The notes beneath the pieces are model-generated. The model saw nothing but the letters and a program-made list of their open reading frames with translations, had not been told where the DNA came from and ran no database searches. From positions 38,998,001 through 39,062,000 of the forward strand of contig OX597832.1 of the NCBI GenBank assembly GCA_951406725.2: 64,000 nt of DNA, read 5' to 3'. Source of the DNA: Octopus vulgaris (lineage: Eukaryota). Position numbers and translations under genes: made by a program. Of the stretch, positions 55,818 to 64,000 are shown one piece after another (position 1 is the first letter of the stretch; every line of letters starts with the position of its first letter).

Positions 55818-58321
55818 TGGGTGATTTTAACCTCCCCCATGTAAACTGGCCCACAAATACTCCGAAGTTAGGCAAGTGCTCTACATCAGATAGGGCAGCA
55901 GCAGAACTGCTCTTTAATCTGATGGATGAGTATTTCCTGACTCAGCTAGTGCTTGAACCAACGAGACAGAATAAAACGATCTTGGATCTGGTACTGACCA
56001 ATCACTCTAGCTACGTTCACAGCATTTCAGTCGAAAAAACTCTCCTCTCAGACCACGACATGGTACTCTGCAATCTTAATTCCCGACGTATAAAAACCAA
56101 ACCAGCCAATCCCACTCCATGGCACCCATTTGACAACATAAATTTCCACAAAGCGGACTGGGGAACAATCAGAAAGGATCTGTCTTCCATCGACTGGTCT
56201 TTTACTCTCAATTCCCCTCATATTGAGACCGCGTGGCAGCACTTTGAAACCATTGTCACCGACACATGCTCTAAACACGCTCCCAAGAAATCTACTAACA
56301 CAAACAGAAACCGGCTCCCTAAAAAGAAAAAAACACTCATCAGGCGCATCAAAAGACTCAACAAAAAAATCAACCAATTAAAATATTCCCACACGCAACA
56401 TCCACATTCAACAACAATGAAAAGACTAGAGCTGGAAAAACTTCATCTGCAGACTAACATGAAAACCTCCATTGAAAATCAAAGAGCTGTGGAGGAACAA
56501 TGGGTAATCAAAAACATCAAACAGAACCCAAAAGTGTTCTATTCTTATGCAAATAAGCATAGAACCACTGTCTCACCTATTGGGCCATTGATTGATGAAA
56601 ACGGCATTCCCCAACACGATGCTAAAGAAATGGCAGAAATACTGCAGAAACAATATTGCTCTGTCTTCAGTGTTCCCACTGATATTGATGTGAGGGAAAC
56701 GAACGAAGCTGACTCCCAACACAAAATCGCAGACATAACCTTCACTGCCACCGACATCATAGCAGCAATAAATGAGGTCAAACATTACTCCGCTGTAGGC
56801 CCTGATAGATTTCCCGCCAGTCTCCTGAAGGAATGTAGATATCAACTTGCAGTCCCTCTGACCAACCTCTGGAGAAACTCATTAGACGCAGGTTATATAC
56901 CGAATAAGTTTCTATCCCAGTCGGTCATCCCGGTTTTCAAACAGGGAAACAGATCCCTCGCAGTCAACTATCGCCCAATCTCACTCACCTCCCACATCAT
57001 TAAAGTGTTTGAAAGAGTGTTAAGATCAAGGATAGCTGACTTCCTGGAGACCCACAAACTCCTAAATTCAAATCAACATGGCTTTCGCTGTGGCAGGGAC
57101 TGTCTAACACAGCTCTTACACCACATTGAAGATGTACTCAAAGCCTTGGGAACAGGTTCGAACTCTGACGTCATATACCTTGACTTCAGTAAAGCGTTCG
57201 ACAGGGTAGACCATAACATCCTACTCTCAAAATTGGCAAATGTTGGAATCCGTGGAAAAGTTCTACACTGGATTCAGTATTTCCTAGCGAATAGAACACA
57301 ACATGTTGTAGTTGATGGAGTCCACTCAAACCCAGCAAAAGTCACCAGCGGTGTTCCCCAGGGAACTGTTTTGGGTCCGCTACTCTTCATAATTTATGTA
57401 AACGACCTTTCCAGTGTCGTACATCACTGCAAAGTGAAAATATTCGCTGATGACACTAAGCTCCAGCAAATCGTCAATGAAGAAGCAGACCGAACTCAAC
57501 TCCAGTCTGACCTATATGCTGTGAGTCAATGGGCAGACAGAAACAAAATGCAACTGAATGAGGGAAAATTTGAGCTGATGCATTTTGGAAGAAATTCCTC
57601 ACTAAAACAACCATACTCTCTTCCTTCAGGGGAACCGCTCACAGCCTCTAACAATATCAGAGACCTGGGTGTAATTGTTGATGACGATCTCAGTTGGAGT
57701 GCACACATCAACAAGAAGGTCGATACAGCTCGTAGGATGAGTTCCTGGATCTTAAGAACTTTCCGGTCCAGAGAACAAGGTGTCATCATACCACTTTTTT
57801 CATCCTTTGTACGGCCACACCTTGAATACTGCTGCCCACTGTGGTCTCCTCACACAAGACAAAACATCTCCAGAATTGAGTCACCCCAGAGGGCTCTCAC
57901 TAAACAAATTGAAGGCATGGCTGCTCTCGACTATTGGGATCGCCTTAAAGCCTTGAAACTTTACTCCCTCCAGCGTCGCCGTGAGCGGTACATCATTTGT
58001 ACGATGTGGAAAATATACCGCCAACTTTGCCCAAACGACCTAAACATTAGCTTCAAGGTTCATCCGAGACTTGGACCACGGGCTATACGTCCGCTGCCAA
58101 ATTCAAGATCACAACATACATGTACACTGCAACATAATTTCTTTTCCTCAACAGGCCCTGCCCTATTTAACATTGTCCCGAGGGAGATCAAAGAGGAAAA
58201 GGATCCCATCAACTTCAAACAGAGTCTGGATGGATTCCTTCAAAGAATACCAGACAAGCCACCCATAATTGGATACAACTCACCCAACAAGAACTCACTA
58301 CTTGAACAAAACTTGACTTAA
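55817..58321 (+). CDS. CR1-group (jockey-like RT) LINE ORF2: C-terminal APE endonuclease plus complete RT, 5'-truncated
   Basis: GDFN, LDLVL and SDH (APE); NYRPISL, YLDFSKAFD, GVPQGTVLGPLLF, FADD and RPHLEY (RT); 834 codons without a stop; tail (TATCTAAGTTT)x2 to about 58418. Confidence 0.96.
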
Positions 58322-58470
58322 ACAGGATTCGAATAATCCTATCAGGTGGTGCTATTAAGTTAGACATGGCCTGGACCAATCTCTGGTCGAAACATATCTA
58401 AGTTTTATCTAAGTTTTATATATATATGGATGTTTGTTTGTGTGCGTATAAGTACGTTTATATATATATA

Positions 58471-58524
<54 letters not shown>

Positions 58525-58673
58525 TAAATTAGAGATAAAACCACTATTAGGCAAATCAAACAGTGAAAAACATAAGCCAATACATATCTCTAATTTAATA
58601 TAATATATATTTATACTATAAAATTAGATTTAATCCTAAATCTAATTTTTCCTTGTAAGTTTGGATTTACTCC

Positions 58674-58755
<82 letters not shown>

Positions 58756-59202
58756 AACATATATATGTGTGTGTGTGTGTGTAAACATATATGTAAATAT
58801 ACACACACGCACACACATTCTTAGATACGGATACACGCACTCATATTAAATACTTCTCTTGGAAAATTTGTCACATAAAAGAATTCAACATAGCTTTAAA
58901 AAAAGGTAATTTCGGTATTCTTTGATTTCTTCACTTGTTTACTATCAACCACCAGATGTTTGATAACATTGTTTTTAGTTACTTCAAAAAAACTGTACAC
59001 GAAATAAAGATATAATTAGCCTTTTTTCTCTCCGCTCATTATTTAATCTCGATTTCTTTCGTGTCCGCTTCTGTCTATTTGTGGTTATTCTCCAAATAAT
59101 TATTTCGTTAATAATCATATTTTCCCCAAATTTGAATGAGCTACAGACAAAATGTGATGGTTCGGTTCTAAACCTAAAAATATCAGAGGGTATAATTATC
59201 TT

Positions 59203-59241
<39 letters not shown>

Positions 59242-59300
59242 TCGTGTGCTACTTGTATTTTTCTATGGTCTTCGCATACACACACACACATAAATACATA

Positions 59301-59471
<171 letters not shown>

Positions 59472-59500
59472 TACGGGTGTGTGTGATTTTGTATAGAAGA

Positions 59501-59627
59501 ATATATTAATAAAAGGAATTCCAACCTTGTCTGATTTTCACGTTTTATTTACAATCTTATAATCATTATAAGATTGTAAATAAAACGTGAAAATCAGACA
59601 AGGTTGGAATTCCTTTTATTAATATAT
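59501..59627. repeat. Perfect 127-bp palindrome (63-bp arms, 1-nt spacer)
   Basis: Centre C59564. Confidence 0.93.
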
Positions 59628-59640
59628 ATATATATACATA

Positions 59641-59793
59641 TGACGGGTTTCTTTCAGTTTCCGTCTACCAAATCCACTCACAAGACTTTGGTCGGCCCGA
59701 GGCTATAGTAGAAGACACTTGCCCAAGGTGCCACGCAGGGGGACTGAACCCGGAACCATGTGGTTGGTAAGCAAGCTACTTACCACACAGCCA
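59641..59793 (-). mobile_element. SINE family 1, 5' half
   Basis: Reverse complement of 18166-18322. Confidence 0.9.
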
Positions 59794-59984
59794 CTAATTA
59801 TGTTATCAACTTCAGTAGCCAACAGACATTTCTGTTATAAGATGCAATACACACGTACTCAAATACTGAACTATGAGTGCATTGCATCTTTTATCAGAAA
59901 CAACGGTAAGCTAATGAAGTTCATAATATAATTGCTTATTTCGATTGTCATCCTAGTTTTTTGCATAACTATTTCTATGAATAC

Positions 59985-60017
<33 letters not shown>

Positions 60018-60556
60018 CGTGTGTGTGTGTGCGCGTATGTGTGTGTATGTAGATATCTATGCATGTATGTATATTATCGACCGCATATACTCAGTGTAGG
60101 TTTGCATCACTGATGCATACTTATACGTAAGATTAAATAAGTATATGTGTTCGATAAGGTTTGCAACGCTGGCGCTGCTTTTCATCTATAATTGAATTTA
60201 ATCTTATGCACTCATTGTCATGGCATACTAGCAAATGGTTCTGAAGATATTTGTATATCGAAGTAGACAGGTAATTTAATTCGTCCCGTGTTTGACTCAG
60301 ATACGTGCAATTGAGAAGCTATAAAAATGGCAAAATATTGATATTCATAACTCCGAAAGGGATTGAAAGCGGGTTGCTTCGCCTGTCTATGGTTTCCAGG
60401 TGTTCTTTCTAACACCTAGTGAATAGGGGGGGATTCGTCCCCAAAGCATTATGAAGCAGCTAGACGGCGAACAAGTAAAATACATATAGTGGAACGTGAG
60501 GTTGATATGGCGGAACGTTTACAACAAAAGTCGCTGCTTTCAATTCGTAATTGAAT

Positions 60557-60595
<39 letters not shown>

Positions 60596-60598
60596 CAG

Positions 60599-60665
<67 letters not shown>

Positions 60666-60887
60666 GTATGTGTGCATATATGTAAGTGTTGTTTTCTTAC
60701 CTATAAGCTTTCGAGATAGGATGTTATCGAAAACTGATGAAAATTTATTTACGCCGTTAATTCAAAGCTGCACGACACGCTGCTACCTCAGTAACTGTTT
60801 TTGCCATGACATGAACACTATAGACGCTGTATGTACATACAAATATACATACATTCATACATACATACAGACAGATAGACAGACATG

Positions 60888-60951
<64 letters not shown>

Positions 60952-60990
60952 CATATTTATATATATACATATATATATATACACATACAT

Positions 60991-61044
<54 letters not shown>

Positions 61045-61995
61045 TCAAATATATACGTATACTTGTATGCATTTATATATATGCATATATAAATATATTA
61101 TATATATATATATTTATATATATATATATATATATTTATAATTGTCTGTGTGCACGTGGGTGTGGGTACGTGTCTGCATGAATGTGTATGAGTATATGTG
61201 AGTGTGTGTGTCTGTGTTTGTGTGCATCTGTGTGTGAGTGTCTGTGTTTGTGTGCATCTGTGTGTGTGTGTCTGTGTTTGTGTGTCTGTGTGTGTGTGTG
61301 TGTGCGTGTGTGTGTGTGTGCGCGCCTGTGTGTGTGTTTGTGTGTATCTGTGTTTGTGTGTGTGTGTGTGTGTGTGTTTGTGTGTACTAATATTCATGAA
61401 ATTGAATCGAATTCCAGTTTGATATTTTGGGGAATTTTATAAATTGAAACTTATATCGTATAATGAATAAGTTTCTCTCTATCGAATTTTTACCAATTTG
61501 CTGCTCGACAATTTTTTGTAGAAAAAAAAACACGAAATTAGTTTCAGCGTTTCGTTTATTTTGTCATAAAGAAAATATTTACTCTCTACTTAGTTGTGGT
61601 GGAATCTCTAGCTTCGTAATATATAATACTTATTTCGAATAAGTGTGTATATCATATATGCCATACCACTAATACATTTTTAATATAGCTTGTGTTCTTT
61701 GATGTACAATGTCTTAAAATGATATATATCCCGTAATTGTGTGTATACCTTCTAGTATTGTAATTATCCTAAGATCAAGTAGGCGTTTTTATTTAGAATC
61801 GTTTTCAGGTATGATAATATCGCCATATATATGTACGTATCTTCTCCCAAATATCGCATATATGTTTTGACATAACTATATACCTGTCTAATTATAGTGG
61901 AAAGCATGATGTGCATGTCGTATGACATGATTGTATCAATGTGACTAAAACTTTAAGAGTACCCTGATCAGTCTGATATGAATACAGTAGGATAT

Positions 61996-62410
61996 TATGG
62001 CTGAGTTGTAAGAAGCTTACTTCCCAACCACATGGTTCAGGGTTCAATCCCGCTGCATTGCATCTTACGAAAGTGTCTTCTACAATAGACTCTGGTTGAT
62101 CAAAGACCCGTTAGTGGATTTGGTGGGCGGAAACTGAAAAGAATCCCGTTGTATATATGTGCATATATCTATGTGTATATGTCCTTGTGCTTGTGCATGT
62201 CTCTCACTACCGTTGTACAAAAGAGACCGATACTTAGCGGTTCTGCAAAGAGAACCAAGAGAACTTAGCGGTTCTGCAAAAGAGACCGATAGAGTAAGTA
62301 CCAAGCTTTAAAGAAAAAAGATAAGTACTAATGTCGATTCATTCGGCTAAAAATTCTTCAAGACGATGTTCCAGAATAGCCACAGTCTAATGACTGTGAA
62401 AGTTAAAAGA
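61996..62410 (+). mobile_element. SINE family 1, diverged, with internal duplication
   Basis: GGTTCAATCC B-box; ACTTAGCGGTTCTGCAAA occurs twice. Confidence 0.8.
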
Positions 62411-63955
62411 TACCAATTTGAATATATCTTCACAAAAACCTAATATTCATTGTTTATTTTGAAGGCCTCTGCATGGCTTTCATCCTGTTTCAAATAAACC
62501 GAATAATAATTTATATTCATTCTGATAATATCTAGTTTTTACCTTCTCATTTTCGTTTTCTGAAAAACAAAAACTGAATAGCCATGCGAAAAGTTGTTCG
62601 CAACCTTCAACGTTTTGATTTCTGTTCGAATATTTCAACCATTTTTAGAACGCTAGTTGTTTTAAAAATCTGAGATTCCCAATCTTTATTATTATTTAGC
62701 AGGTTGTTCAGTTGTTTGGCTTATTGCTGTCTTTTAATATTGAGACATGTGGTTTCAGGTAGAAGTGGAGAATTATGGCAGATTCCAGGAAATGAAGATT
62801 CGTATGACCCAGAAAAGTATCTTGGCATCTTATAAGTATTGGATTATAAACAGCATTAAAAGCATTTAAGTTTAAAAAGTAATTATACAAATAAATCTGC
62901 CATATGAGTACTTTAAAACCAAGAATATAACGAGAAAAAAAAAGCATATAGATGGGAAAAAACTAACTGTTACAAGTATTTAAGTAAAAGCAAAATATTT
63001 TTAAGAAAAAATGTTGAAGATACGATGTATGAGAGCTGAAATTGCGGTTTTATACACTTAATAGATTTATGAATTTATGGATCTATAAAGCCTTATAACC
63101 TCTTCAGCAACCAACTTTCATTTTCGCTACGCCACTTCATGTGATCTACACATGCGCGAGCATATATTCATACATATATAATTTTTATTAATATTTAGCA
63201 GAAGCAACAGAATGTTTCAAGGGCCAAGTGCTTCCTGTGTCAGCACTTATCAAACTAGTTACATGCGGAGGAGCTCTGCGTTTATATAGTCTCTACATAT
63301 GTATACATATGCAATAATGCGCATTATTATTTTTTTTGCATAATACAGGTAGGTCATATTTGTTGTCTTTTTATTTAATTCTTATATAGAGATAGATAGA
63401 TAGATATATTGATTGATATAGATATAGATATAGATATATAGATATATATATATGTACCATCGTCCATCTTTCTTTTCAAAAAGATATTTCTCCCAGCTTT
63501 CACCATTTTACTCTCGTTCTGGTCTAACAACTCCCTCCCTGTTTGTTTTCATTCGGTTTCCTTGTATGTCTCACCTGTCATGTTTTAGTTACCAACCTTG
63601 ACCCTATATAAATCCTAAATTTTATTTTGGAACGTATGGGAGCAACTGTCTTTGAAGTCTCATATTGTCGTTGAATGCTCGAAATGACGAACAGACAGCC
63701 AACAACTGATGAAGGATCCTTTCTCTGTGCTTCCTTGTCCTGTTTTTCATTTTTTTCTCGTTGTTTGTGTATTTATCTCGTTTGTTTACGCATTTCATAT
63801 TATTTGCACTGTTGATGACGTCCTGTACCCATATATGCATGCATACATATAGTATATATTATTTAATATATATATATATATATATAAAACCTTGTGAGTA
63901 CCGCTGCCGATTTTTTTCCTCTGTCCCCCCTTCTCGGGATCTTTCCTTCTCCTAT

Positions 63956-63990
63956 GTTTCCGACGAAGAGCTCCGCTCGAAACGTTATAC
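63956..63990 (+). ncRNA. Family B hammerhead-like motif (element runs off the window end)
   Basis: GTTT-CCGACGA-A-GAGC(TCC)GCTC-GAAAC-GTT-ATAC. Confidence 0.65.
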
Positions 63991-64000
63991 CCTCCTTCTT

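Noticed and set aside
58374-58393. GACCA/TGGTC hairpin followed by GAAAC as a hammerhead
   Set aside because: No CUGANGA upstream; better explained as the LINE 3' stem-loop.
62758-62870. Possible host exon after TTTCAG
   Set aside because: Stops nearby. EKYLGIL looks more like a decayed RT domain; no support for a gene.
63707-63722. Isolated CTGATGA (also at 25112 and 60735)
   Set aside because: No correctly placed stem II, GAAA and NUH.

Overview
AT-rich, extremely microsatellite-dense animal DNA. The repeat content resembles an octopod cephalopod genome (inference from SINE types and simple-repeat density). I found no supportable host protein-coding exon, rRNA, true tRNA or CRISPR array, and most of the ORF track is simple-repeat noise. 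Retroelements: two 5'-truncated CR1-group LINEs with uninterrupted ORFs (37474-38388; 55817-58321), R4/Dong RT and endonuclease relics plus a non-coding (AAT)n-anchored element, RTE and Tx1/L1-ORF1 relics, a deleted Penelope-like element (PLE), and at least four SINE families. DNA transposons: DD37D (maT), mariner and pogo/Tigger relics and a Helitron end. The most notable signal is a set of short non-coding elements next to (TA)n tracts that carry type I hammerhead-ribozyme folds. They fall into several families, with recurrent core variants (U4C, A6U) and long stem II forms. They are often folded back into palindromes, including a perfect 158-bp palindrome with a hammerhead on each strand. 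All folds were derived by eye and no activity is demonstrated.
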